From Mobula hypostoma (lineage: Eukaryota): DNA of 64,000 nt. Each line of letters starts with the position of its first letter. The stretch's first letter is position 1. Positions 26,090 to 39,272 of the stretch are shown here, one piece after another. The DNA is taken from positions 111,974,001 through 112,038,000 of the forward strand of contig NC_086108.1 in assembly GCF_963921235.1 (NCBI RefSeq), in the 5' to 3' direction. The translations under genes and the position numbers were made by a program. The notes beneath the pieces are model-generated. The model was not told where the DNA came from, ran no database searches, and worked only from the letters and a program-made list of their open reading frames with translations.

Positions 26090-27848
26090 TTAAAAGAAAT
26101 TACAAGCAGAGTAGACAAAGGAGATGAAGTGGATGTAACATACTTGGACTTTCAGAAGGCCTTTGACAAGGTTTCACACATGAGGCTGCTTAGCAAGATA
26201 AGAGCCCATGGAATTACAGGGAAGTTACTAGCATGGGTGGAGCATTATTGGGAATAAAGGGATCCTATTCTGGTTGGCTGCTGGTTACCAGTGCAGTTCC
26301 ACAGGGATTACTGTTGGGACCGCTGCTTTTTACGGTGTATGTCAATGACTTGGACTATGGGGTTAATGGAATTGTGGCTAAATTTGCCGATGATACAAAG
26401 ATAGGTGGAGGAACAGGTAGTGTTGAGGAAACAGAGAGCCTGCAGAAAGACTTAGATAGTTTAGGGAAATGGGCAAAGAAGTGGCAAATTAAATACAATG
26501 TGGGAAAGTGTATGGTCATGCACTTTGGTGGAAGAAATTCGAAATGCAGAGATGCAAATGAACTTGGGAGTCCTTGTGCAGGATACCCTAAAGGTTACCC
26601 TCCAGGTTGAGTCAGTGGTGAAGAAGGTGAATGCAAAGTTGACATTTATTTCTAGAGGTATAGAATATAAGAACAGGCATGTGACGTTGAGGCTCTGTAA
26701 GGCGCTCGTGAGACCACACTTTGGAGTATTGTGTGCAGTTTTGGGGTCCTTTTTTTGGAAAGGATATACTGACATTGGAGAGGGTTCAGAGAAGATTCAC
26801 GAGAATGATTCCAGGAATGAGGGGGATTACCATATTAGGAATGTCTGGCAGCTCTTGGATTGTATTCCCTGGAGTTCAGGAGAATGAGAGGGGATCTGAT
26901 AGAAACATTCTAAATGTTAAAAGGCCTGAACAGATTAGATATGGCAAAGATATTTTCCATGGTAGGTGAGTCTAGGACAAGAGGGCACAACTTCAGAATT
27001 GAAGGACATCCAATTAGAACAGAAATGCGAAGAAGTTGCAGCTATATAGGACCCTGGTCAGACACACTTGGAATACTGTGCTCAGTTCTGGTCGCCTCAC
27101 TATAGGAAGGACGCAGAAACCATAGAAAGGGGGCAGAGGAGATTTACAAGGATGTTGGCTGGATTGGGGAGCATGCCTTATGAGAATAGGTTGAGTGAAC
27201 TCGGCCTTTTTTCCTTGGAGTGACGGAGGATGAGAGGTGACCTGATAGGGGCATTCAAGATAATGAGAGGGATTGATTGTGTGGATAGTCAGAGGCTTTT
27301 TCCCAGGGCTGAAATGGCTAACATGAGAGGGCATACTTTTAAGGTGCTTGGAAGTAGGTACAGAGGAGATGTCAGGGGTAAGTTTTTTACACAGAGAGTG
27401 GTGAGTGCGTGGAATGGGCTGCAGATGGTGGTGGCGTCGGAAACGATAGGGTCTTTTAAGAGACTCCTTGATGGCTACATGGAGCTTAGAAAAGTAGAGG
27501 GCTTTGGGTCAAGCCCAGGTAGTTCTAAGGCAGGGACATGTTTAGCACAGCTTTGTGGGCCGAGGGGCCTGTATTGTGCTGTATGTTTTCTGTGTTTCTA
27601 AATTACTTTAGTCAGAGGGTGGTAAATCTGTGGAATTTGTTGTCACGAGTAGCTGTGGAGCAGTCATTGGGTGTATTTAAGGCAGAGATAGATAGGTTCT
27701 TGATTAGCCAGGGCATCAAGGGGTCTGGGGAGAAGGCAGGGGAGTGGGGATGACTGGAAGAATTGGATCAGCCCATGATTGAATGGCGGAGCAGACTCGA
27801 TGAGCCAAATGGCCCACTTCTACTCCTATATCTTATGGTCTTATAGTC
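26090..27848 (+). mobile_element. CR1 fragment with a second CR1 3' fragment (about 27033-27600) nested inside
   Basis: RT motifs in ORFs 26233-26610 and 26721-26969. The host sequence breaks at 'agaaatgcgaag' and resumes at 'aattactttagtcagagg'. Confidence 0.85.
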
Positions 27849-28429
27849 TTAAATATTGATAACGTGAGATGAAGAGTCCTTGAAAGTGAGTCCATAGGTT
27901 GTGGGAACAGTTCAGTGATGGGGAGAGTGAATTGGAGTGAAGTTATCCCTTCTGGTTCAGGAGCCTGATGGTTGAGGGGTGATAACTTTTCCTGAACCTG
28001 GTGGTGTGGGACATGAGACTCCTTCCTGATGGCAGTAGTGAGAAGGGAGTGTGACCTGGATGTTGGGGATGCTGCTTTACTTCACAATGTCCCATGTAAG
28101 TGTGCTCAGTGCTGGAGATGGGCAGAGTATTTGGGAGTGAATGAACCAAGTGTGGAATCCAGCAGGTATTTTAATCAGAAGTATTGTGTATAATCAAGTG
28201 TAGACAGAGGGATTGCCTTGAGTTGGAGATGAGAACTGAAATACATATGCTCTCTCGATTTGACAAAATTTTCCATTTGTTCCGACTCTTTCGTCCTTCA
28301 ATCCATCCTCTATCTTTATTAACATCTTATCCCCAAACAACAATACCCAATTTTGAGAAGCAACCATGGGATTGCAATGTTTTTATTGCCTTCTTTAAGA
28401 GATTTTCTTATTTGGGAAATAACAATCAG

Positions 28430-31120
28430 GATAGTCAAAGGAGAGCCAGTGGATGGTGTGTGTACTTGGATTTTCAGAAGATCGTTGACAAGGTGCCACA
28501 CTCGAGGCTGCTTAACAAGATAAGGGCCCATGATATGGGAAATATACGAGTGTGTATAGAAGATTCGCTGATTGGCAGGAGCCAAAGCGTGGAAATAAAT
28601 GGGTTCTATTCTAGTTGGCTGCTCTTGACTAGTGGTGTTCTGCAGGAGTCGGTATTGGAAACACGACTTAACGTGATGTGTCAATGACTTAGAATTGATA
28701 GCTTTGTGGGCAGGTTTACAGATGATACGAAGATATGTAGAGGGGCAGTGAGTCTGCAGAAGGACTTAGTCAGATTAGGAGAATGGCAAGGAAGTGGCAG
28801 ATAAAAGTGTATGGTAGAAAGATTGAAGGCATAGACTTTTTCTAAATTGGGAGAAAATTCAGAAATCAGTGGTGCAAAGGGATTTAGGAGTCCCCATGCA
28901 GGATTCCCTAAAGGTTAGTTTGTAGGTTAAGTCGATGGTGAGGAAGACAAATGCAATGCTAGTATTCCTTTCAAGAGGACTGGAATACTACGTCTTTATA
29001 AGACATTGGCCAGACAGCACATGGAGTATTGTGAGCAGTTTTGTGTTCCTTATCTAAGAAAAGATGTGCAGGCATTGGAGAGAGTCCAGAGGAGGTTCAT
29101 GAGAATGATTCTGGAAATGAAAGGGGTAATGTATGAGGAATGTTTGTTGGCTCTGAACTTGTACTTAGACCATATAACTATAAGATATAGGAGCAGAATT
29201 AGGCCATTCAGCCCATCTATTTTGCTCCACCATTTCATCACAGCTGATCCAATTTTCCTCTCAGCCCCAGTCTCCTGCCTTCTACCCGTATCCCTTCATG
29301 CTCTGACCAACCCAGAGTCTATCAACCTCTGCCTTAAATATACAAAAGGACAAGACCTCCATAGCTGCCTGTGGCAATGAATTCATAGATTCATCACTCT
29401 CTGGCTGAAGAAATTCCTCCTCATCTCTATTCTAAAAGGACACCACTCTATTCTGAGGCTGTGTCCTTTGATCTCTCTCCCACCAGAGGAAACATCCTCT
29501 CCACATCCACTCTGTCAAGGCCTTTCACCATTTGATAGGTTTCAATGAGGTCACCCCTCATTCTTCTGAATCCCAGTGAATATAGGCCCAGAGCCATCAA
29601 ATTCTCTTCACGTGACAAGTCTTTCAGTCCTGGAATCATTTTTGTGAACCTCCTTTGAACCCTCTCCAGTTTCAGCACATCCTTTCAAAGGAGCCCCAAA
29701 CTGTTCACAATGCTCCACGTGAGGCATCACTACTGGTTTATAAAGTCTCAACATTACATCCTTGCTTTTATATTCCAGTCCTCTTGAAATGAATGCTAAC
29801 ATTGCATTTGCCTTAATCACCACCGACTCAACCTGCAAATTAACCATTTGGGAATCCTGCATAAGGACTCCCAAGTCCCCTTGTGCCTGTTTTGTGTATT
29901 TTCTCTCCAATTATAAAGTCTACCCTTCCATTTTTTCTACCTGAGAGTATGACCATACACTTCACAACACTGTATTCCACCTGCCATTTCGTTGCCCATT
30001 CTCCTAATCCATCTAAGTCCTTCTGTAGCCTCTCTACTTCCTCAAAACTACCTGCCCCTTCACATAGTCTTCATATCATTTGCAAACTTTGCAACAAAGC
30101 CATCAATTCCATCATCCAAATCATTGATATATAATGTAAAAAAGAATCAGTCCCAACGCAGACCCCTGTAAAGCAGTCAGCCAGAAAAGGCTCCCTTCAT
30201 TCCCACTTTTTGCCCACTGTCAATCAGCCACTGCTTTACCCATGCTAGAATATTCCCGGTAATACCATCGGCTCATAGATAGCAGACTCATGTATGGCAC
30301 CTTGTCAAAGACCTTCAGAAAATCTAAGTACACACATCAATTGATTCTCCTTTTTCTATCCTGCCTTTTATTTCTTGTCAAGTAAGAATTTTCCCTTGAG
30401 GAAACCATGCTGACTGTGGCCTATTTTATCATGTGCCTCCAAGTACCCTGAGACCACATCCTTAATAATCAACTCCATCATCATCCCAACCACTGAGGTC
30501 AGTCTATCTGGCCTATAGTTTCCTTTCTTTTGCCTCTCTCCCTTCTTGAAGAGTGGAGTGACATTTACAATTTTCCAGTTTTCCAGAACCATTTCAAAAT
30601 CTAGTGGTTCTTGAAAAATCAATACTAATGCCTCCACGATCCCTTCAGCCATATCTTTCATAACCCTGGGGTGTACAGCATCTGGTCCAGGTGACTTATC
30701 TACCTTCAGATCTTTCAGTTTCCCAAGAAGCTTCTCTTTAGTTATGGTAACTTCACACACTTCATGCCCCCGATATCTGGAACTTCCACCATACTGCTAG
30801 TGCCTTCCACAGTGAAGACTGACGCAAAATACTTATTCAGTTCATCCACTATTTCATTGTCGCCCCATTACTACCTCTCCAACATCGTTTTCCAGTGGTC
30901 CGATACTTTCTGGACTTTAGTAGAACAAGGATGTATCTTACTGAAACCTATCAAATATTGAAAGATCTAGATAGTGTGGACGTGGAGAAGATGTTTCCTA
31001 TAGTGGAGGAGTCTAGGACCAGAAAGCACAGCCTTAGAATACAAGGACCTCTCTTTAGTACAGAGATGAAGAGGAATTTCTTTATCCCTCTGGCAGTGTA
31101 TCTGTGGAATTCATTGCCAC
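28430..31120. mobile_element. Plus-strand CR1 (28430-29165, 30905-31120) interrupted by a minus-strand CR1 (about 29168-30900)
   Basis: RT motifs on both strands, e.g. KSPGPDAVHPR...NYRP and HGFLKGK on the minus strand. Confidence 0.8.
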
Positions 31121-32195
31121 ACGAGGGGAGAGGGGAGAGGGGAGAGGGGGTTTTTGCAGTCATTCATCCAGACTCATGTGTTGTGATCATCACTTTCAGA
31201 GGTTTTGTCTACTTCTGGTCTCATAACTTTCTCCAATGTTTCTATTTAATATTAGCATTTCCCTAAAATTTGATCTCGTGGAATTGGACTGTTTACTTTG
31301 TGTCTGCTACTGTGAAAACAGGGACAAGAAGTTTGTTTAAAATCTCAGAATATTGCTTTACCCTCCCGCCCCGCCCCCATTATAGTTGCTGCAAGAATAA
31401 AACAACAGCACATAGAAACTATTAGCAATACAATGACAAACTCCACACAGATCTAGCAAAGGGTTATTGTGTTTGCTGAATAGAATGATTACGTGTGGGG
31501 CGTGGGATTTTCTAAACAGCTTTAAAAAGGGCCCAAATAAAAAGTTAAGTGTGCAAATGTTATAATTTGGAACTCAGGGCATTATACTAGATAGTAAAAA
31601 GATAAAGACAGAGAATTGCTTTATTTGCCACAAGTACTGAATATCAAAACATTGAAAATGTCTCATTGTGTCAATGACCAACACAGTCTGAGGATGTGCT
31701 GGGGGCAGCCGACAAGCGTCACCATGATTCTGGCATCAACGTGGCATGACCCAACTCATTAACTCTAACCATACATCTTTAGATTGTGGGAAGAAACTGG
31801 AGCACCTAAATAAAACCTTTGTGGTCACGGAGAGAATACACAAACTCCTTACAGACAGTAGAACATAGAACGGTGCGGTAGAAGAACAGGCCCTTTGCCC
31901 AGAATATTGTACTGATCCAATTTAGTAATCAAATGGACAACCTAACTAATTCTCTTTGCCTACACAATGTCCATATCCTTCCATTTTCCTCACATTCATG
32001 TGCCCATCTTGGATCAGAATCAGAATCAGGTTTACTATCACCAGCACGTGACGTGAAATTTGTTAACTTAGCAGCAGCAGTTCAATGCAATACATAATCT
32101 AGCAGAGAGAGAAAAAAAAAAAATAATAATAAATAAACAAGTAATTCTGTTACGTGTATTGAATAGATCTTAAAAAATGTGCAAAAACAGAAATA

Positions 32196-34207
32196 CTGTT
32201 TCCCCCACCATCCGAAGGTACAGCGTTCCTATGAAACAGTTCGTAAGCCGGAATGTCGTAAAGCGAAGAAGCAATTACCATTTATATATATGGGAAAAGT
32301 TTGTGAGCGTTCGCAGACCCAAAAAAAACCTACCAAATCATGCTAAATAACACATAAAACCTAAAATAACAGTAACATACAGTAAAAGCAGGAATGATAT
32401 GATAAATACGCAGCCTATATAAAGTAGAAATACTTCTCTACAATCATTGCCGCACTGTTCTCCGTAGCGAAAATCTGACGCAAGCGCTCTCGGCAGAAAC
32501 ACTCTCCCGTAACCTTTAACCTATGAAGCTGCCAAATCATACCAAATAACACATAAAAATACACAGCCTATATAAAGCAGAAATAATGTATGTACAATGT
32601 AGTATCACTTAAAGGAATAAGGAAGACAGCGCAGAGCACACTGATAATGGTGTGTTAAGCAGAGTCGTCGGAGGTTGGGGCGGTGCAGTGGTCCCCATCC
32701 TCCGGACAGCGAACCCATACCGATCCGTGAAGAATGCAGCGGTACAGCGGTGGCTGGGACGCACCCAGCAGATCTTCAAGAAAAAAGCCGAAATAAACAA
32801 ACTAGTTAATTACATGCCGCCCAGCACATAAATGTCGGCCCAGATCAGAGGCGACGCAATCGGCAATTGCCTCTGATCTGGGCCAACATTTACGTGCCGG
32901 GCGGCACCTAATTAATTAGCTTGTTGATTTCGGCTTTTTTCTTAAAGATGTGCTGAGTGCATCCCGGCTACCGCTGCATTCTTCGCGACCCGGCTACCGC
33001 TGCATTCTTCGCGACCCGGCTACCGCTGCATTCTTTGTGACCCGCCTACCGCAGCATTCTTCGTGACCCGGCTACCGCTGCATTCTTTGTGACCCTCGTG
33101 ACCCGGCTACCGCAGCATTCTTCGCGACCCGGCTACCGCTGCATTCTTCGCGACCCGGCTACCGCTGCATTCTTTGTGACCCTCGTGACCCAGCTACCGC
33201 TGCATTCTTCGCGACCCGGCTACCGCAGCATTCTTCGTGACCCGGCTACCGCAGCATTCTTCGCGACCCGGCTACCGCTGCATTCTTCGCGACCCCGCTA
33301 CCGCTGCATTCTTCGCGACCCGGCTACCGCTGCATTCTTCGTGACCCAGCTACCGCAGCATTCTCCACGGCAATGTATCGGTCTGCAGCCCGGGGGTTGG
33401 GGTGGTGAAACACTGAGGTGTCATCTTATCATCGTCTATTTCCATCAGGGCAGGCAAGTCATCTTCTTCTATGTCTTCCTGCCTTAATGTCGAAGGTCGA
33501 GGTTCGTCGTCTGCTGTGGCTGATGTGGAAGGCTTGAAAAACGACAGTATGCTTGACTGCTTCGCCTCACGCATTTTTCTATCGTACAATTCTTTGTAAG
33601 CACTCAAACCATCTTGCAAATTTGTCCTAAACCTACGTACCCTTTCAAAATTAAGTCGTACTTTATCATTGCAGCAAAAATCTCACGCAGTTGCTTCACG
33701 TTCAGTTCCTGGACAACTTCACTTTCGGTCCGTTCGCTACTGCATTCGGTTTCGATTGTTATCCCTTCCTCTTCCAATTGCATCAGCTCTTCATCTATCA
33801 GTTTTTGGTCATGGGATGCCAAAACCTCTTCAACATCATCTTCGTCAACTTCCACAAGCCAACCTCATCTTGTCCTTATTTCGTTCACCACGATCGAAAC
33901 GCTTAATTTTATGTCTAGTTTTACGCTAAGTGTAACACCCTTATGAGCTCTTTTAGGCTTTTCCGATACCTTAGAACTCATCTTGCAAACGGCTGCTCAC
34001 AGGCACGTGTTTAAGCAATGCCGGCTAGAATGCAGTTCTGAATCCGGGGGAGAGCAGCTGCTCGGGGCACGCGCTGCCTTTTATCACACACTGATGTTTT
34101 TCGTATCAGTGAATACACCTTCTGTTAGCGAAAACAGGTAACTAATGTAGGTCTTTCGTAACAGTGAGGTTTTGTAAAGCGAATGTTGGAATAGCGGAGG
34201 ACACCTG
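32196..34207 (-). mobile_element. Internally deleted Tigger/pogo-family DNA transposon (non-autonomous)
   Basis: Imperfect terminal inverted repeats, with TA after the right end. An N-terminal KRAHKGVTLSVKLDI segment is joined directly to the TIGD1-like C-terminus (EVDEDDVEEVLASHD...YKELYDRKMREAKQSSILSFFK). No DDE core seen. Confidence 0.85.
32963..33365. repeat. 26-bp tandem array (gacccggctaccgctgcattcttcgc)n, about 15 copies, inside the Tigger element
   Basis: Head-to-tail repeats with no unique spacers. Confidence 0.93.
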
Positions 34208-35877
34208 TATATTAAAAAAAGTGAGGTAGTGTCCAAAGCTTCAATGTCCATTTCGGAATCAGATGGCAGAAGGGAAGAAGTTGTTCCTGAATTGCTGAGT
34301 GTGTGCCTTCAGGCTTCTGTATCTCCTACCTGATGGTAACAGTGAGAAAAGGGCATGCCCTGGGTGCTGGAGGTACTTAATAATGGACGCTGCCTTTCTG
34401 AGACACCACTCCCTAAAGATGTCCTGGGTACTTTGTAGGCTAGTGCCCAAGATGGAGCTGACTAGATTTACAACCTTCTGCAGCTTCTTTTGGTCCTGCC
34501 AGTAGCCCTTCCATACCAGACAGTGATGCAGCCTGTCAGAATGCTCTCCACAGTACAGCTATAGAAGTTTTTGAGTGTATTTGTTGACATGCCAAATCTC
34601 TTCAAATCCTTAAAATGTACAGCTGCTGTCTTGCCTTCCTTATGACTACATCGGTATGTTGGGACCAGGTTAGATCCTCAGAGATCCTGACACCCTGGAA
34701 CTTGAACCTACTCATTCTCTCCACTTCTGATCCCTCTATGAGGATTGGTATGTGTTACTTCGTCTTACCCTCCCTGAAATCCACAATCAGCTCTTTTGTC
34801 TTACTGACATTGAGTGCCAGGTTGTTGCTGCGACACCAGTTCATCAGTTGGCATATCTCACTCCTGTACGCCCTCTCATCACCACCTGAGATTTTACCAA
34901 CAATAGTTGTATTGTCAGCAAATTTATGGATGGTATTTGAGCTATGCCTAGCCACACAGTCATGGGTATAGAGAGAGTAGAGCAGTGGGCTAAGCACACA
35001 CCCCTGAGGTGCACCAGTGTTGATCGTCAGTGAGGAGGATATGTTATCACCAATTCGCACAGATTGTGGTCGTCCGGTTAGGAATTCGAGGATCCAATTG
35101 CAGAGGGAGGTACAGAGTCCCAGGTTTTGCAACTTCTCAATCAGGATTGTGGGACTGATGGTGTTAAATGCTGAGCTATAGTCGATGAACAGCATCCAGA
35201 CATCGGTGTTTGTGTTGTCTAGGTGGTCTAAAGCCGTGTGGAGAGCCTTGAGGTTGTGTCTGCCTTTGATCTATTGTGGTGATAGGCAAATTGCAATGGG
35301 TCCAGGACCTTGCTGAGGCAGGAGTTCAATCTAGTCATAACCAACCTCTCAAAGCATTTCATCACTCTAGATGTGAGTGCTACCAGGCGATAGTCATTAA
35401 GGCAGCTCACGTTATTCTTCTTTGGCACCGGTATAATTGTTGCCTTTCTGGAGCAAGTGGGAACTTCTGCTCGTAGCAGTGAGAGGTTGAAAGTGTCCTT
35501 GAATACCTCTGCCAGGTACTCCATCAGGACCTTCTGCATTGCGAGGGTTCACTCGCTTTAAATACAGTCTAACATCGGCCTCTGAGACAGAGATCTCAGG
35601 GGCATCAGGGACCTTGTAAACGTCTCTTGTAAGCCTCTAATGTATCTGCCACTATCACCACCCCAGGCAGCATATTCTAGGCACCCTCCACACTCTCTGT
35701 CAATAACCTGCCCTCAACTCCTTTGAAATGACGTCCTCTCACCTCACGCCCTCTGGTATTAGTCACTCGAACTATAGGAAAGAGATATTGTCTGTCCAGA
35801 GATACAGTGGTGGGGATTGAACCCGGACCTCTGGCATTGTAAAGTGTTAGGCTTAGCTGTGCACCACCATGTCACCT

Positions 35878-37118
35878 TCATGCAGCTGCAGCCCCTCTTT
35901 GTGTAGCTGCGTGGGCTGCTTCTCGCATTCTGGTTGCGTTTCAGCCCCACCCTATTTATATACGGGTAAGGAGGGGCGCATGGAGGGATGAGGATGTCCT
36001 TCTCAACTTGCTCCTGGGGCTGGCGAAAACAGCCATCCGTGGGTCTTGGAAATGGGTGGCGGGAGGATCTGCCTGGCAATGTTTAGGGGGTATGTTTGTG
36101 CCCGGGTAAATATTTTGAAGGAACACGTACAGTCCACGGTGACCTTAGAGGTGTTCCGGGACCATCGGGCTCCGTGGGATGTAAATGCCATCATTAACAG
36201 AGATGGAAACGTTTCGGTTTGACGCATATTGTCTATTTATAGTGAAGTAATTGTGTTAGTTTCGACTGGGGTGATATACTGCGTCCGGCGCTCCCGATGT
36301 GGTCTTTTATATATTGGCACGACTGGGGTGATATACTGCGTCCGGCGCTCCCGATGTGGCCTTTTATATATTGGCGAGACCCGACACAGACTGGGAGACC
36401 GCTTTGCTGAACGTCTACGCTCTGTCCGCCCGAGAAAGCAGGATCTCCCAGTGGCCACACATTTTAATTCCACATCCCATTCCCATTCTGACATGTCTAT
36501 CCACGGCCTCCTCTACTGTAAAGATGAAGCCACACTCAGGTTGGAGGAACAACACCTTATATTCCGTCTGGGTAGCCTCCAACCTGATGACATGGACATC
36601 GAATTCTCTAACTTCCGCTAAGTCCCCACCTCCCCCTCGTACCCCATCTGTTACTCATTTTTATGCACACATTCTATCTTTCACTCTCCTTTTTCTCCCT
36701 CTGTCCCTCTGAATATACCTCTTGCCCATCCTCTGGGTCACCCCCCCCCGTCTTTCTTCCCGGACCTCCTGTCCCATGATCCTCTCGTATCCCCTTTTGC
36801 CAATCACCTGTCCAGCTCTCGGCTCCATCCCTCGCCCTCCTGTCTTCTCCTATCATTTTGGATCTTCCCCTCCCCCTCCAACTTTCAAATCCCTTACTCA
36901 CTCTTCCTTCTGTTAGTCCTGACGAAGGGTCTCGGCCTGAAACATCGACTGCACCTCTTCCTATAGATGCTGCTTGGCCTGCTGCGTTCACCAGCAACTT
37001 TGAAGTATGTTGCTTGAATTTCCAGCATCTGCAGAATTCCTGTTGTTAATTGTGTTAGTCACTGTTTTGTATATATAACATTGAATTTGAAATAAAGATA
37101 TCTTGTATAGAAAAAAAA
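35878..37118 (+). mobile_element. Tx1/L1-like LINE 3' end (split by a Penelope insertion) with AATAAA and A-tail
   Basis: LRGLLLAFWLRFSPTLFIYG, DVLLNLLLGLAKTAI and FRGYVCARV motifs; AATAAA at 37091 followed by an A-run. Confidence 0.7.
36261..37046 (+). mobile_element. Penelope-like element 3' fragment (GIY-YIG endonuclease, hammerhead tail at 36915-36950) with 13-bp TSD
   Basis: GVIYC...LYIGET...RFAE...PVATHFN...LQPDDMDIEFSNFR; taattgtgttagt at 36248-36260 and 37047-37059. Confidence 0.9.
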
Positions 37119-37193
37119 GCAGTATCAAGGAACACTACAAGGATAAATTCTCGATCTAACATTGGTTTCTATCTGTGCATGTCTCTTTTTCAG

Positions 37194-37379
37194 GATTTTG
37201 ACACATACCACGAGGTTTGGTACGATGATCCCGAGAGTATTTCAATGAGGATGTCCATCGTGAAGAAACTGAAAATCCGTGGCATCGGCGTGTGGGCTGC
37301 AAACGACATCAACTACACTGGAGATGCCAGAGTAACAATGCAGGCCGTGGAGATGTGGAACGCACTGTGCCCTCCCTGA
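37194..37379 (+). CDS. CTBS-like: CTBS-like paralogue B terminal exon (exon 7 equivalent)
   Basis: TTTTTCAG acceptor, phase 0. DFDTYHEVWYDDPESISMR...RGIGVWAANDINYTGD...EMWNALCPP*; 47 of 61 residues identical to copy A by hand count. Confidence 0.93.
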   Translation, partial: DFDTYHEVWYDDPESISMRMSIVKKLKIRGIGVWAANDINYTGDARVTMQAVEMWNALCPP

Positions 37380-37905
37380 GGGAAAGACTGAGTGTGAACC
37401 ATTTCATTTCTGTCCCGGCTCATCGATTAGCATTGCAAGAAAACAAAACAAAGATGAACTCAGTTCAAGATTCAAGATTGTTTGATGTCATTCTCAGTAC
37501 ACAAGTGTAAAGGAGAATGAAATAATTGTTACGCTGGATTGTTACTCTAATTGTTACTCTGCAGAGCAAAAAACACAAAAAGATAAAAAAACAAAAATAA
37601 TAATAAAACAAGAAATATAAATACTAAGATAACTGATTTCCACAGATTAACTGTATGTCCGTAAAGTGTCACTAGACACAGGAATGTCTGTACATAAGGT
37701 GACTCTGACAGGAAATGATAAAGTAGTGGTGGTCGGGGGTGTGGAGGGGTGGGTTAGTGGGTGGAGGTGTTGATCAGCCTCACTGCTTGGGGAAAGTAAC
37801 TGTTTTTGAGTCTGGTGGGCCTGGCTATGTAGCCTCCTCCCTGATGGGAGTGGGACAGACAGATCATGAGTAGAGTGGGTGGGTGATATCCAACAACAGC
37901 AGTTA

Positions 37906-37911
37906 AATAAA
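37906..37911 (+). terminator. Putative ancestral polyadenylation signal of copy B
   Basis: AATAAA in the block homologous to 5320-5380. An intervening repeat at about 37465-37885 also contains AATAAA. Confidence 0.45.
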
Positions 37912-38046
37912 TATTAATCTAAAACCAAACATATCATTTTATTAATCAATTGAAATGAATGCATTCTTTGAAAAGGGATGTATTAATCCAATGTACCGGA
38001 AGGTTTACAATTTCAAACAGCAAATTGCTTATAATTGTATATACAC

Positions 38047-39272
38047 AGAAACATAGAAATATAGAAAATTTACAGCACAATACAGGCCCTTCGGCCCACA
38101 AAGCTGTACCGGACATGTCCTTACCTGAGAAATTACTGAGGGTTACCCATAGCCCTCTATTTTTCTAAGCTCCATATACCTTTCCAGGAGTCTCTTAAAA
38201 GGCCCTATCATATCCGCCTCCACCACCGTCACTGGCAGCCCATTCCACGCACTCACCACTCTCTGAGTAAAAAACTTACCCCTGATATCTCCTCTGTACC
38301 TTCTTCCAAGCACCTTAAAACTGTGCCTCTCATGCTAGCCATTTCAGCCCTGGGAAAAAGCCTCTGACTATCCACACAATCAATGCCTCTCATCATCTTA
38401 TGCACCTCTATCAGGTCACCTCTTATCCTCTGTCGCTCCAAGGAGAAAAGGCCGAGTTCACTCAACCTGTTTTCATAAGGCATGCTCCCCAATCCAGGCA
38501 ACGTCCTTGTAAATCTCCTCTGCACCCTTTCTATGGTTTCCACATCATTCTGTAGTGAGGCGACCGGAACTCAGCACAGTACTCCAAGTGGGGTCTGACC
38601 AGGGTCCTATATAGCTACAATATTAACTCTCAGCTCCTAAACTCAATCCCACAGTTGATGAAGGCCAATGCACCGTATGCTTTCTTAACCACAGAGTCAA
38701 CCTGCGCAGCAGCTTTGAGTGTCTTATGGACTCGGACTCCATGATCCCTCTGATCCTCCACACTGCCAAGAGTCTTACCATTAATACTATATCCCGCCAT
38801 TATATTTGACCTACCAAAATGAACCACCTCACACTTACCTGGGTTGAACTCCATCTGCCACTTCTCAGCCCAGTTTTGCATCCTATCAATGTCCCGCTGT
38901 AACTTCTGTCAGCACTCCACACTATCCACAACATCCCCAACCTTTGCATCATCAGCAAACTTACTAACCCACCCCTCCACTCCCTCATCCAGGTCATTTA
39001 TAAAAATCACAAAGAGTACGGGTCCCAGAACAGATCCCTGAGGCACTCCACTGGTCACCCACCTCCATGCAGAATATGACCTGTCTACAACCAGTCTTTG
39101 CCTCTGTGGGTAAGCCAGTTCTGGATTCACAAAGCAATGTCCCCTTGGATCCTATGCCTCCTTACTTTCTCAGTAAGCCTTGCATGGGGTACCTTATCAA
39201 ATGCCTGGAAATCCATATGCACTACATCTACTGCTCTACCTTCATCAACGTGTTTAGTCACATTCTCAAAAA
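38047..39272 (-). mobile_element. CR1 LINE 3' fragment
   Basis: Minus-strand [18 protein letters not shown] and ERVQRRFTR motifs. Confidence 0.9.

Larger units (their letters stand above)
32013..35610 (-). mobile_element. Rex1/Babar-like LINE (RT and 3' tail), split by a Tigger insertion
   Basis: ORFs 35228-35539 (PVPKK...[10 protein letters not shown]) and 34755-35195 ([11 protein letters not shown]...[17 protein letters not shown]...KFADNT); short tandem tail at about 32013-32030. Confidence 0.85.

Noticed and set aside
28140..28430. Non-repetitive patch tested as the missing CTBS exon 6
   Set aside because: No CTBS-like translation or suitable acceptor and donor pair seen by eye; the same holds for 31120-31620.
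32963..33365. 26-bp repeats resembling a CRISPR array
   Set aside because: No unique spacers, no cas genes, eukaryotic context, and located inside a Tigger element.
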